This document shows, in pieces, positions 26,851 through 40,620 of a stretch of 64,000 nucleotides of DNA; positions within the stretch are counted from its first letter, which is position 1; every line of letters starts with the position of its first letter. The translations under genes and the position numbers were made by a program. The DNA is from Paraspadella gotoi (lineage: Eukaryota; Animalia; Chaetognatha): positions 26,462,338-26,526,337 of the forward strand of contig CM119265.1 in the NCBI GenBank assembly GCA_051294375.1, written 5' to 3'. The notes beneath the pieces are model-generated. The model had not been told where the DNA came from and made no database searches. It saw only the letters and a program-made list of their open reading frames with translations.

Positions 26851-28382
26851 TTTAGAAGAAAAGATTTTAGAATAAGGGATAGTCTTACTTATTGTTCATT
26901 AAATGAATGAACAATTTTTATATTGGTTGTACCAAATTCATAACAGTCAGCTTCTTGTATTTTGATTTTTGTGCGAAGTGCAAAATATTATTTTCCGATT
27001 TAATACTACTAAGGGAGTGGTTATTTTATCCAATTGAAACAGTTAAAAAAATGTTCTATCACTTCATTGATAAGAAAACTAATCAATCTTAGAATAAATC
27101 AACTCTGACTGTGAGATTCTTGATTGAAAGCCTTTCAGAATTCCTTTCCAAAGTTAATTGAATGAATTTTTTTTTTTTTTGGTTAATGGTTATAACAATT
27201 TCATAGATTTCAGTAGATTTGGCGAAGATGAAAATAATATGTTGTGAAAAGATGATATTGATTTAGAATCAAAAGCACAACAGATGGATTGTCGGATTAA
27301 TTTCCATTTAAATACTAAGTCGACACAAAAAACTAACTTCGACTCTGCCTTCCCGCTACACTTACTTAGGGAGGGCTGAACAACACATGTCACACAAATT
27401 CCCTCCTTCCAGAACCCATTAGACCCCCTCTACCTCCCTTCCTTTCCTCTTTCCTCTTTTCCTTTTCTCTCGTTATTACCTCTAATTCAAGCGATGACCA
27501 TATGTCGCTCATTTGCTGGTTGCGCTCGACGAAAAAGGTAATCAAAGCGAAAAGCCTGACATCGTCTTTCTCTCGCATCTGTCCGTTTCAGCTCCACTGA
27601 TTCCGTTACTCTTCTACAATAAAATTGGTACAACCGAAATAAAATAATACATTCATTCAATAAATAAGCTATCTTGACCCTGACTTTGAACAGGCTATGG
27701 TGGTTTAAGACTTCCATCACTCTTACAAGATGACGATATAACTAGTCCCCTGCAAGCTTTCAATCAAGACTCTCTCGCCGTCTCGTTTATAGTCGCCCCG
27801 AGTACCTGGTATCATATATTTCAAAGAGAGTTTCAATTGTAGAAAAAGATTACTCTTAACTTAAGACTTAAGCATTATATTTGACTCAAATCTACAATTC
27901 GTCAATCTGGTTTTAGATTTAAGATTTCGCAGCATTTTTGAAATGCGGCCAATTTTAGTGTGAAGGTGTTTCTCCTTCACGCCCGCGGAGTCACTCGTTC
28001 TAGACGTCGCACGTTCCTTGTCGAGTGACGAAGGATCTTTTCGACATGAATACTTGAATCTTTGATGAATATCGAGTCGAATTCTGATGAATATTAAGAC
28101 GCGAAAAGGTTTCCAAATATTTATTAATCAAGTATTTAAAAAAGTCCCGTAAGACTGTAATCAGAACGGGTGAAACGTTTTAATTGAGTCCAAAGTAAAA
28201 CTAAAGACGTAGTTTCTCTCTCTGTAAATTTTGATGTGACCAAACAAAGATATCGGACCGACAGGTCAAATACGACTCAGATAGAAATAAAAACGTAAAC
28301 GAGAGAGAGAGAAAAAAAGAGGTTAAAATGTAGGGGACGCGGCATAATATTTCACACTTAGATTTATAATTAATTTAGCTTT

Positions 28383-29402
28383 TAAGTTCGGTTAAACATA
28401 AATGTTAGTTTTAGGCCATAAGTGGTTAGGTTAATAATTAAGAATATATAATAATATCCCCGTACATAACGGTATTGATCTCTTGACTTTACACAAAGAG
28501 CGACCGGATCACAACCGGGAATACGATATCTGATTACTTGATGAGCTGTGAGAACTGATCTACGCTCACCCTCTATTCCTTCCTCCTTCCTCCTTTCTCC
28601 CTCTTTCCTCCTTCATCCCTCCTCCTTCTTCCTCCTTCAGAAGGAGAAGGGAGGAGCGGAAGAAGAAGGATGGAGGGAGATGAGGGAGGAAGCAAGGCGG
28701 AGGGAGGAAGGAGGAAGAGGAGGGAGGGCAAGCAGGATGGAGGGCAAAAGGAGGAACAGAAGAGGAGGGAGAAGGGAGAGGCCAGGATGAAGGAGAAAGG
28801 AGGGAGGGAGGGAGGATGAGGAAGAAGGAGGAAAGGAGAAACAGGAAGTAGAAACGTGAGTGAGGAACGAAGACGAGGGCGTGAATGGACCGGAGCGCGG
28901 AGGGACCAGTCAGAGAAGGAGACAGACAGGAGGAGAGGAGATGAAGGCAGGAAGAGAGGGAGGACCGGGAGGCCAAGGAGGCATAAGATAGGAGGAAGGA
29001 GGAAGAAGGCAGGGGAGGAAGGAGGGGGAGGAGACGAGAAAGCAAGGGGATGGAGGAGAAGGCTAAGACAGGCAGAAGGGAGAAAGAACGATACGCGAAC
29101 GAGAGGCGCGAAAGAACGAGGACACGCAGACGGGGAGCTGAGGCGCCCCAACTCGAACGAGGAAAGAGCGGAGATAGAGTGCGAAGGAGGAAGGAATCAG
29201 AGGGTGAGCCGTAGATCAGTTCTCACAGCCTCATCAAGTAATTCAGATAATCGTATTCCCCGGTTGTGATCCGGCCGGCTCTTGCTGTCAAAGTCCAAGA
29301 GATCAATACCGTTATGTACGGGGATATTATTCATATATTCTTACATTATATAACCTAACCACTTATGGCCTAAAACTAACATTTATGTTTAACCGAACTT
29401 AA
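28383..29402. other. Noisy fold-back inverted duplication, probable long-read artefact
   Basis: About 29185-29402 is an indel-rich reverse complement of about 28383-28590; it ends at a 25-N gap and is absent from copy 2. Confidence 0.75.
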
Positions 29403-29434
29403 TAAACGGNNNNNNNNNNNNNNNNNNNNNNNNN

Positions 29435-32200
29435 CCTCTCTCTCTCTCTCTCTACTCTCTCTCTCTCTCAATCTGCATCCGATCTTGCAGTCTCAACTTC
29501 AGCATCTCTGATATGGTCACCTCGCGATTGGTAGACAATCTATTTCAAGTGCGATAAGCATTTATCTTACTTATTATATTTTCTTAATAGGTTTAATTAA
29601 CTGAAACTGCAGCATGTGTTCGTTGTTACCTCCTTGACCCGTGAATGCGAGATTCAGTCCCACGTGTTGTCGTCAAAATCTTGATACTGCTGTCTCATCT
29701 CTGCTTCTTTGAAGTCTTTTGAACTTTTTAAGGAACCCGACACGCGACCGGGTTAAATATCCTTGTCAAGTCCTTAGCATTCGCATTCTCAAATGTTCCC
29801 ACAATTTCTTGTTATTATTAAACTGTTTTTGAGAGTCCAGAAAGCTTCTTATCTAGCTTTTAACCACTACTGATCGCACGGGGGTCTCGAAGAAACGTAA
29901 ACATTATTGCAGCTCATTTACCTTTTCATTAATATTTTTACGATCTCACTTCTTGATCTGTGATCTTTTTTCCACATCAATACAAGTTGCGTAGAATTTT
30001 GATTTTTGTGCGCGTCCTCTTTAATCCGTTCGATTAATTAGAATGTCAATTGTCCATACCATCCGTCCGTCCTCGCTTTCTGTCCGTTGCCCTTCCTTTC
30101 CGATCAATAGTAATTCCTTTTACAGTCTTTACAATATTATCGCGTCAAATGATTTCCAAAGTTGGATTCTTCACTCATGTTTATTTTTTCTATACTCTTT
30201 TCGAAAATAAGAAAAGAAAAAAGAATAAGAAAAAAAGAAATCCCAGCTTCTCAGATCGTTTTGATCACGAAATATAATAGGGAGAGACGTTGAAACCAAC
30301 CCGAGCTCGGATGTTCGCTGGAGCGAACTGCCGATCTGCTGCCAGCGGCGTGCCTCTAGCGGATTGTCGCCAACCCGTAGGAGCCTTCGACGCTCAAGTC
30401 GCACTCAGGGCTACACACAGTCGGTGCGAAATTAGCCGCTTGGACATTATGCGTCAGCCCGCCCGCAGTAAACAAAAGCGGCTGAGCAGCGAGACAGACG
30501 CGACCTCTCTTCTAAATTTGACGGCCGCCGCTGATTTTCTTACTTTTGTTTTGTCGTTAAACCTGTCAAGTCGCGCTCACAAAAGAAAGATTGAAGGAGG
30601 AAAAGGAGAAGGAAAGAGTAAGGAGGAGGGAGGAAAGAAGGGAGAGGGAGGAGGGAAGAAGAAGAGGGAGAGAGGGAGGAGCAGGAGGGAGGATAGACAG
30701 GACGGAGGGAAAGGACCAGGAGGACAGAAGGGAGGACTGTGCGAAGAGGAGGAGCGCGAGAAAGGTCAGTAGCAAGAAAGAGGAGGGAGGAAGGAGGACA
30801 CAACAACGTATAGAAGGAGAAGATAAGAGTCACGAAGGACGGCCGTGCAGGGAGAGGGATGTAGGAAGAACGGAGGAACAGGAGGCAAAGGCAGGTTTAT
30901 ATGTTAGAGGAGAGGTGAGAAACGGAGGATGGAGGAGGGAGCGACACCTCACAGTACGAAGGAGAAGCGAAAAGAAGGAGGCAGGGAGGAGAGAAGAAGG
31001 AGGGGAGGAGGCAACCGAGGAGGAAGAGAGAAGAGAGGAGAGGAAAGGAGAGGAGGGAAGGAGAAAGACAGAGGAGGAAAGGAAGAAGGTAGAAGGGAGG
31101 AAGAGAAGAAGGAGGAGCGTTCCTCCCTCCTCCTTCTTCCTCCTTCCTCCTTCTTCCTCCTTCAATCCTTTTTTTTGAGCGACTGACAGGTTTTACACCA
31201 AAAAAAAAAGAAAATCAGCGGCGGCGTCAATTTAAAGAGAGTCGCGCTGCGTCGCTGCTCAGCCGCTTTTGTTTACTGCGGCGGCTGACGCTATTCCAGC
31301 GGCTAATTTCCACCGACTGTTCCCTGATGCGTTTAGCGTCGAAGGCTCCTACGGTTGGCGACCAATCCGCTAGAGCACGCCGCTGGAGCAATCGGCAGTT
31401 CGCTCCAGCGAACATCGATCGAGTTTGTTTACTTTCTCCTATTTATTTCGTGGAATCAAAACATCTGAGAAGCTGGGATTTCTTTTTTTCTTTTCTTTTT
31501 TTCTTTTCTTTTTTTCGAAAAGAGATAGAAAAAAATGATGAGTGAAGAATCAACTTTGGGAATCATTTGCGCGAATAATATTTAAAGACTTAAAAGAATT
31601 ATATTGATCGGGAAAGAAGGACAAACGGACAAAAGACGGACGGACGGATGGATGGACAATTGGACATTCTAATTAATCGAACGATTAAAGAGGACGCGCA
31701 CAAAAAATCAAATTCTACGCAACTTTATTGAGTGAAAAAAAATCATCAGATCAGAATGAGATAAAAATATTAATGAAAAGGTATTGAGCTGCAAAATGTT
31801 TACGTTTCTCAGACCCCCGTGCGATCAGTAAGTCGGTAAAAGCTAATAAGAGTTTCTGGACTCTCAAAAACAGTTATAATAACAAAAATTCGTGGGAACA
31901 TTTGAGAATGCGAATCTAAGGACTTGAAAGGATATTTAACCCCTCGCTCGGTTCCTTAAAAGTTCAAAAACTTCCAAAGACAAGGATGACGACAGAGTAT
32001 CAAGATTTTGACGAAAACACGTGGACTGAATCTCGCATTCAACGGTCAAGGAGTAAAACGAGACACATGCTGCAGTTTCGTTAAATTAAAATTAAAGAAA
32101 AATATAATAATAATGAACTTAAATGTTATCGCAATATGCAAATAAGATTTTGAATCTAACCAAAAGATCTTGGAGAGCAGAGAGAGAGGAGAGAGAGGGG
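29435..32200. other. Second noisy fold-back inverted duplication, probable long-read artefact
   Basis: About 29540-30600 is an error-rich reverse complement of about 31155-32160; absent from copy 2, where 43550-44040 is a simple CT tract. Confidence 0.75.
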
Positions 32201-32201
32201 A

Positions 32202-32257
<56 letters not shown>

Positions 32258-32366
32258 AGAGATGAGAAAGGAAGAGTCGTGTTGGTTTAATTTGAAATCC
32301 TGAGCGAGAGAGCGAGACAGATTTTTTTGTGGGGGATAAATTCTCCGTTACCGAGGTTGCCCTTTA

Positions 32367-32425
<59 letters not shown>

Positions 32426-32718
32426 CTCTCTGTCTCTCTCTCGCTCAAAGGAGTAAACTTTGAACTCAAATTTTTCTAGTCGTTATCTGAGGCAGCGTCT
32501 GAACTGAAAAAAAAAAATCGGTTTTTCAACTTTTTTCGAAAAAATTAATTAACTTTATTTAAAGGTAACTTAGTATAGTAGATCATTTTTAAAAATATTT
32601 TTAATCACTCACTTTTTTTAAGTTTTTTGATTAATAGTATTATACAAAATTGAAATTTATTCATAAAAAAAAAAACTGAAATCTTTGCTTTATTATCTAG
32701 CTCGGCTTCTCTTCTCTC

Positions 32719-32771
<53 letters not shown>

Positions 32772-32882
32772 CTCTGTTTATAACTTCACTAAATTTTCCT
32801 GATCAAAACAAGTCTCCTGCGACGCGATCACGATTACTGGAGCGCGGGAATGTGCGGACGAGGAGAGGAGTAAATAAAGAAG

Positions 32883-32936
<54 letters not shown>

Positions 32937-33955
32937 CTCCAAATGAAGAAAAAACGGAAGCTGACAAATCACAACAACAACAACCACAAATCTCTCGCGT
33001 CCATTTTTTACAATAAACAAGAGACGCGTCGATCACTTAAACGTGCGCATGCGCTTGTAGTGTTTAACGGTTGGTGGTCCTTTTCTCCTTTTTCCCTTTT
33101 GCTTTTTCCTTTTCCTTTTTTTCTCATTTGTTGTTTTGGTTTCCGTGACGAATCGTTTGCTGTCGTCGTTGTTGTTATTGTTGTTGTTATTGTTGTTGCT
33201 GTTGTTGTTGTTTTTCTTTCGATGCGGGAAACCAACGATTGATTAACGAATTTCGGAGTAAAATGTGTTTTTTTTTTTGTTTTTTTTTTTTGTTTTGTTT
33301 TATTTTTCGAAATGAAAGGACGATTGTCGTTTGTAATGTGAGGGTAAAAAGAATTAACTCAGTAAGAAAAAGAAAACTCCCGCATATTTAATATATATAG
33401 TATATATATTATATATATATTATATACGTATGAACTTCTCTAAATTTTTTATGAAAATTTGCAAATTACTCGTTTCACTATTTTCTATTATTATATTTTA
33501 TGAAGGATTTACTATTTAATCTATATTCTTTAAATATATATGTATTGCTTTCTTAAACTTTTTTTACTTATCATTATATCTAAAAACTCATTTTGGGAAG
33601 GGGAAGTCAGTGTTGTCTTCTGGAAATAGAGGGAGTATCTATACAACACAAGGTTAGATTACAATCTGTCCTAGTTTTCTAATAGATATCACACATCATT
33701 CCTGTAATTCCTGTAATTTCCGTTTGTTTTTTTAAAATCCTCACAATGTTTTCCTTCTATTCGTCATTCGTCGAATTATTTCTCATCAGTTCAAAATTGT
33801 CGCAACAGTGAAAATCGTGGAAAAGTAATAACAGTCGCCGACAGTCGGAAACAGTCGTAAAAAAAAAAAGCAAAATCTCCGAGTCGGCCCCTCGGATTTT
33901 TTTATGACCGTCGTTTCGTTATGTCGACGCAGAGAGTGCGAGAGGTGGTCGAAAG

Positions 33956-34949
33956 AGGGGGCTGAGGTGGAGAAAAGGGCTGAGGTGGGGAAAATGGGGC
34001 TGAGGTGGGGAAAAGGTGGCTGAGGTTGGGAAAAGGGGGCTGAGGTGGGAAAAGGGGCTGAGGTGGGAAAAAAGGGGGCTGAGATGGAGAGAAAGGGTGG
34101 CTGGGGTGGGGAAAAGGGGGGCAGAGGTAGGGAAAAGGGGGGCTGAGGTGGAGAAAAGGGGGGCTGAGGTGGGGAAAATGGGGCTGAGTGGGGAAAAGGG
34201 GGCTGAGGTGGGGAAAAGGGGGGCTGAGGTGGGGAAAGGGGGGCTGAGGTGGGGAAAGGGCTGAGGTGGGGAAAGGGTTCATGTGTGGGAGAGGGGGGCT
34301 GAGGTGGGGAAAAGTAAGCTGAGGTGCGGAAAAGGTTGGCTGAGGTGGGGAAAAGGGAGATATTACGCGGGCCATATCCTCGCAGTTTAAACTTGTAAAC
34401 TTCGCGCAGTTTCGGGGAAGAGAGCTATATGTTCACCGCAACTACGCCCTGCGGCGGTCTTCGCCGGGGATATCATTCCCGGCAATCCCCGCCCCAATTC
34501 TTGACGGGGACGAGAAAATGGCCTACTCTCTCTCTCTCTCTCTCTTCTCTCATCTCTCTCTCTCATCTCTCTACTCTCTTCTGCTCTCCACACGTATCTT
34601 TTTTGGCTTTCAAAGGTAATCTCAATGATACAATGAGGGTCACGATTTGAATTTTTTTGCTTTCTTTTAAATATATTTTTTAATCACTACAGATATATTG
34701 ACAGAAAAAGTAAAAAAAAGAAGGAAAAAGAGAAAGAAAAAATAATAGGAAAAAAAACGAAAAGAAAAGAAAAGAAGAAAAGATAATTAAGAAGAAAGAA
34801 AGAAAGACAATATAGTATATTGTAAGTTGTAAAAAGTGTGTTATTTAGGCTGGATATACAGCTTCGATGGAATAGAGTGCTGATGAAGACTTGAATAAAT
34901 CAAACAACAAAACAAAATGTCTTTTCTCAATTTAAAAGCACAAAGATGC

Positions 34950-35000
<51 letters not shown>

Positions 35001-35690
35001 AGGGAGAGACAAAATAATATCATTTAATGTAATTGTTACCAAGCAAGGAATAAGTTTAAACTAATGGTGGAATTTAACAATTATTCTAATAATACATAAA
35101 TAGTAAATGAAGAGAAAGAAAGTTTTTAAATGTGAAATATACATTTTTATGAGGGATAGATAAGTTAAATTATAAAAATTTTAAGAATTAAGATAGGAAT
35201 GAATTAAATGCAAATAAATTATTTATTTTTAAATTAGGAATTGTTAAGGTTTTTCTATGTTTTCAGTTAAAATATTTTAATAACAAGGACTGCCCATGAT
35301 GATGATTCACGGCGGTTAGGGCTTCAAACGTCAATCCCCATCAAAATAGTGGGGGATTCCCCCCGTGGATAAAGGCAGAAGGCTTCAAAACTAATCCCCG
35401 TAAAAATAGTGGTAGGGATTCCCCAAAACAGAAGAAAAAAGGACGTTTTCCGTGAACAGAAAGAGGGTGCATTGAAACTGTCCCCGATTACGCAGTTCCA
35501 AACTGCGCCTTATTGGACGGTCATACTTGGGAAAAGGGGATTGCGGTGGGGAAAAGGGGGGCTGAGATGGAGAAAAGGGTGGCTGGGGTGGGGAAAAGGG
35601 GGGCAGAGGTAGGGAAAAGGGGGCTGAGGTGGGGAAAAGGGGGCAAGAGGTAGGGAAAGGGGGGCTGAGGTGGAAAAAGGGGGGCGGGGG
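33956..35690. repeat. G-rich ~17-21 bp minisatellite (GGGGGCTGAGGTGGGGAAAA), interrupted by an insertion
   Basis: Array at 33956-34357 resumes at 35529; uninterrupted counterpart at about 46795-47125. Confidence 0.85.
34358..35528. mobile_element. ~1.17-kb non-autonomous DNA transposon-like insertion with 10-bp target duplication (Mutator-like?)
   Basis: Present in copy 1 and absent at the equivalent site in copy 2 (about 46972-46985); flanked by GGGAAAAGGG (34348-34357, 35529-35538); degenerate inverted terminal and subterminal similarity. Confidence 0.6.
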
Positions 35691-36406
35691 TGGTTGAAGA
35701 GGTAGTAGGGGGAGAAGGCGGAGGGTGGTCGAAGAAAGGGTGGCGGAAGTGGGGGGCGGGGAGTTAGGAGCGAATCTTTCTAGAAATTGCGAGAAATTCC
35801 GCGTCTTTTTTCTCGCCACATAGATTTCCGTTTTGGTCATATTTGATCTCTGTTGTGGACGTTGGCGCAGGGTTGGCGTTGGCGCTGGCGCTGGATCGAC
35901 TTTGCTATTTCTTGATTTCACTTGATCGCTTCTTGATTCCATAGGAACTGAGATGTTGGGTCATTTGATATTTTGATATTTTCATATTTGATATCTTTAT
36001 ATTTTTTTTTTTTTTTTGCTTTTTTATTGACCACAAGTTTCCCCTTTTTCACTTTTCCCTTTCGCCTCTTTGCTTTTTATTTTCCATTTTGCTTCTTATT
36101 CGTCATTTTTCTTCATTCTTTTCGCTTTCTTCCGCTTTTTTGTCTAATATTTCCTCTTAGCTTTATTATTTGCCCTTTCGACTTTCCCCTTTGCCTTTTT
36201 TTTTTTTGCTCCCTCTTTGCTCTTTTTCCCCCTGAGTTGCCTTTTTGCCATCTTTGCCATAGTTACCATCTTACCATCCCACGCGAAACTTTTTTTTATG
36301 TTTCTGTCCTATAAACCTTTATGCGTTATTTGCTTTCGGCTTCGTCCTTCGCCACCCCTCAGATTTACACAAACAAGACGTTTCTTGTCCTTTTCGATGA
36401 TTGTCG

Positions 36407-36498
<92 letters not shown>

Positions 36499-36721
36499 TC
36501 TTATTGTTTACCGAATCCTTTAGAGGTCATCTTGTTACTCTGATCACAAACTCGATAACCTTATTTATTTTTCTTTCTTTCTTTTTTTTCTTTTCTTTCT
36601 TTTTTTTCTTTTCTTTTCTTTTATTCAATTTTCGGTGATTTAGTCGTTTCTTTATTTTTCTCTCAACATTCACTCATTCCTTCTGTCCCTAAAAGTGACC
36701 CTTGACCCTTTTGCTGAAGCC

Positions 36722-36842
<121 letters not shown>

Positions 36843-37047
36843 GGGGTCACAAATCCCCGGTAGAGAGCGAGAGCCCAGGTTTCAAGGCGCCTCCAAAAAA
36901 ATTTTCTCTTCAACATTTTTTTCTTTTTCTCAGTCAAGTTTTTCTTTGCGTACCATTTTTTTTTTTCGTTATAATATATACTGTTTGTTCTAATAATTTA
37001 TATTCAGGAGTTGAGTGTAGCATTTAATTAGACTTCTATGAAGTTAG

Positions 37048-37130
<83 letters not shown>

Positions 37131-37201
37131 CCAAATGTTTAATTGAATAATGTTGTGAATATAAAAAGTCTCAGATATAATTGGCTTTCCCTTCCTAGTT
37201 A

Positions 37202-37265
<64 letters not shown>

Positions 37266-37744
37266 CTCTCTTCTCTCTCTCTTCTCTTCTTCTCTCCTTG
37301 TCTCTCTCCCTTCTATCTCCGCGATTTTTCATAATTCGTAGTCAATTGTCATGCAAATTACCAATTAACATATTTCAGTGGAATTTTCTCAATCTTTTCT
37401 TTTCCTCCATTTTTCTTCCAGTTCTCCCCATCCTCTTCTTTAACGTCCTTTTCTTTCCTCCTTCCTCCCTTTCCTCTTTTCTCTATTCTTCTTCCTCTAC
37501 CTCTCCTCTTTTCGCCTCCTTTCTCCTTCCTCCTCTTTCCTCCTTTTCTCCTCCTCTTATCCTCTCCACTCTTCTTCTACTTTCTTCCTGCTCCTCTCTT
37601 CTCCTTTCTTATCTTTCCTCCTCTCATCTCCTCTCTTTCCTCCCTTTCCTCTCTTTCCTCCCTTTCCTCCTTTTCCTCCTTCCTCTCTTTCCTCCCTTTC
37701 CTCCTTCCTCCTTTTCTTCCTCCTTCCTCCTCCAAACCCAAGCC

Positions 37745-37950
37745 ATGTCCTCCCAACTCGAGTCTCTCGATTCTCTCCTGACGACCAACTTGAGCGGCGC
37801 CGATTTGAGCGAAGCGCGCCGCATTTTGTTCGGGCGCGAATTAACGCCGCTCTCCATCCCCAACGCCGCGAGAGAAAAGGGCGCCGCGGGGAATTTCGAC
37901 GTCGTGGGTCACGTGATCGACGCCGGGGAGGAGGAACTGAGGCCGAAGAG
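37745..37950 (+). CDS. UPB1: Beta-ureidopropionase exon 1 (MSSQLESLDSLL...GEEELRPK)
   Basis: GCCATG start; RRILFG and EEELRP motifs of the beta-alanine synthase N-terminus; AG|gtgaga donor, phase 2. Confidence 0.9.
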
Positions 37951-38430
37951 GTGAGAGGGCGCGGGTTTTGTTTTTTGTTCGATTTGTTTTTTAGTTTTGT
38001 TTGTTATTGTTTTTTATTGTTTGTTGTTTTTTTTTAGTTTATTTTTTTTTATTTAGTTTGATTTGTTTTTGTTTTGTTTTTTATTTGTTTTGTTTGTTTT
38101 GTTTTGTTTTGTTTGTTTTTTTTTGTTTTTTTTATCCTTTTGTTTGTTTTATTTATTGTTAATTTTCTTTTTTGGTTTGCTTAGTTCGTTGATTATTTAT
38201 TTTTTAATTAACATAATTGTAAATTCAGATGTTTCTTGGTTTTGTTTCCCATGCACTCGTGCGTCCAAGAGGCTCGAACTCTCGACCTTTTGGACGCCAC
38301 GTCGAGACCTCAGCCATCTGGATCTCATTTGCGGTTGCAGCTGTCGTTGTTGTTGTTATTGTTGTCGTCGTTGTTGTCGTTGTTCTTGTCGTCGTTGTCG
38401 CCGCTAGGGTTGGCAATCTTTCCAAGGAGA

Positions 38431-38464
<34 letters not shown>

Positions 38465-38577
38465 CTGAGAGAAAGAGTGGCAAACTGCAATAACTGAATA
38501 GAGAGAGATTCATTCATCGTCATTCATTCATTCATCGTCATTCATTCATTCATCGTCATTCATTCATTCGATTTCAG

Positions 38578-38650
38578 AATCGTGAAAATCGCTGCGGTGC
38601 AAAATGCGATTGTTCTTCCAACGACGGAACCAATAGCGAAGCAGAGAGAG
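38578..38650 (+). CDS. UPB1: Beta-ureidopropionase exon 2 ((R)IVKIAAVQNAIVLPTTEPIAKQRE)
   Basis: tttcag acceptor; phase 2 to 0; conserved VQN-I-LPT motif. Confidence 0.92.
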
Positions 38651-39354
38651 GTCAAGTAATTTCCCATTTTATTCATCGCTCTATTCATTGCTCTATTCAT
38701 TGCTTTATTCGCCTATTTATTTTTTGTTTTATTCAATGCTACGTTTACTCCTTTATTCACTGATTTTGTATTGCTTTTTTCATTTCTTTATTTATTGTTT
38801 TATTTCTTGCTTTATTCGCTGCATCATTCTTTGCTTTACTCACCGATTTATTTCGAAATAGTTTGAATAAAGTTATTACAAAATTCAAAATTCTGTTCAA
38901 AGTTCAGCTTCATTCCATTATGGTCAAATTTGTTATGCCCTTGGACTAAGGATAAGTTAGGCTAAGACATCCAACCCTCACGATATTAACAGGGCAAGAC
39001 CTTCCAAGATTTTAACCCCAGATTTTCTCATGTTAGCTATCATTCATTTATTCGTTCATTTGTTTATTCACCATCTCGCTTCATATACAATTGATTGAAT
39101 CATTTTCTCAATTTATTTCCTTGTTTATTAATCCTCGCGTCTCCTTATTCAATATTTCTTCCTTTCCCTCCCCCCCCCTTGTCCCCCCCTAGGCGATTAT
39201 TATTGATCTTTTCCACGTGTTTACCTCCGACTCTTTTACCCTCTTATCTATTCCGATTTATAGCCTGATTTATGGCAAGATTTATGGCGAGATTTATGGC
39301 GAGATTTATCCGCCTTTTAACTTTAGTCTTTTTTTCTCTCTCTCTCTCTTTCAG

Positions 39355-39426
39355 GCGCTGCATCAAAGGATCTCGGAGATGGTCAGCGCTGCAGCGGATT
39401 GCGGCGCCAACGTCGTTTGTTTGCAG
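39355..39426 (+). CDS. UPB1: Beta-ureidopropionase exon 3 (ALHQRISEMVSAAADCGANVVCLQ)
   Basis: Pyrimidine tract + cag; phase 0 to 0; leads into the catalytic Glu of Q|EAW. Confidence 0.93.
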
Positions 39427-39548
39427 GTCGGTCGGTCGGTCCCAAAAAAAATGACAACAACGACGACAAGGGCATTGCCTCGCCTCCGGTGAGATGAGGG
39501 ACGAATATAGTACGTGGAACGACTTGGATTGGGTGAAGATCGTGAGAG

Positions 39549-39599
<51 letters not shown>

Positions 39600-40046
39600 A
39601 TCGGCGAGAGAAGAGAGAAAAAAAAGCGACGAACCGGAAATGGGCGTGGCTGTGGAAACGGAAAGAAAAGAGAAGGAAGGAGGGAGGTAAGGGAGTGTTG
39701 AAGGGTAAGGATCTGGGTGAGGCGATGAGTGAAGGATTATAAGGGATGGAAAATTAGGGTAAGTGAATCTTTGTATCAAAGCAGCGTTTAAAGATATGGT
39801 TGTTGAAAGAGAAAAGGAATATTAAATGAAAGAAATTTAATATTAAAAACAAAAAGAATAAAAAAAGTTAAATTTAAAAAATACTTGAGGGATAAAATCT
39901 TTAGTTGAGGCGACGACGACGACGACGACAACGACGACAACCAATGACCAAAAAGCGCAAGATCTTCGACGAGCCAAGAGAAACAATCGTTGCAGAAAAA
40001 AAACAGTCAAGTGACGTTTCTCCTCTTCTTTCCTCTCTCTCTCTAT

Positions 40047-40078
<32 letters not shown>

Positions 40079-40589
40079 CTCTTCTCTCTTCTCCTCTCTC
40101 TCTCCTCTCTCTCTCTCTCTCTCCTCTCTCTCTTCGTCCACCCGATCTAATCTCTTTGGCCATTCGTACTAATGTTGAGAACATTCCTCCTCCTCCTCCT
40201 CATCCTCCTTCTTCTCCTCCTCCTCTTTGTTTTTCCTTCCAGCTTTTCTGCATTTTTTTCTTTCTTCTTTTCTTTCTTTTTGTTTTTTTCTCTAAATGTA
40301 TCTTCTTACCTCCTTTTTTCACTGTTTTCTTTCACTGTTTTCTTTTCTCCGCTTTGTTTTCCTTTTTGTTCCATTGCCTCGTCCCTCTGCTTGCTTTCCT
40401 TCTTTCTTTTTTTTCTTTCTTTTTTTTCTTTTTATTTCTTTCTTATTCTATTTTTTTTTCCTCTTCAATTCTATTTCCCTATTTTCTTTCTTTCCTTTTC
40501 TTTCCTTTTTTCCCCTCTTTTCCTTTCCTCCCTTTTTTCCTCCATTTTCCTCTTCATCTTCCTCCATTTTTCACGCATTTCTTCCTTCA

Positions 40590-40620
<31 letters not shown>

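Noticed and set aside
28383-32200. Large palindromes as biological fold-back elements
   Set aside because: One arm is indel-noisy, both abut a 25-N gap, and they are absent from the second copy; typical missed-adapter long-read chimeras.
32793-32836. Inositol 5-phosphatase-like 'VIASQE' motif
   Set aside because: Too short, and no other 5-phosphatase motifs were found nearby.
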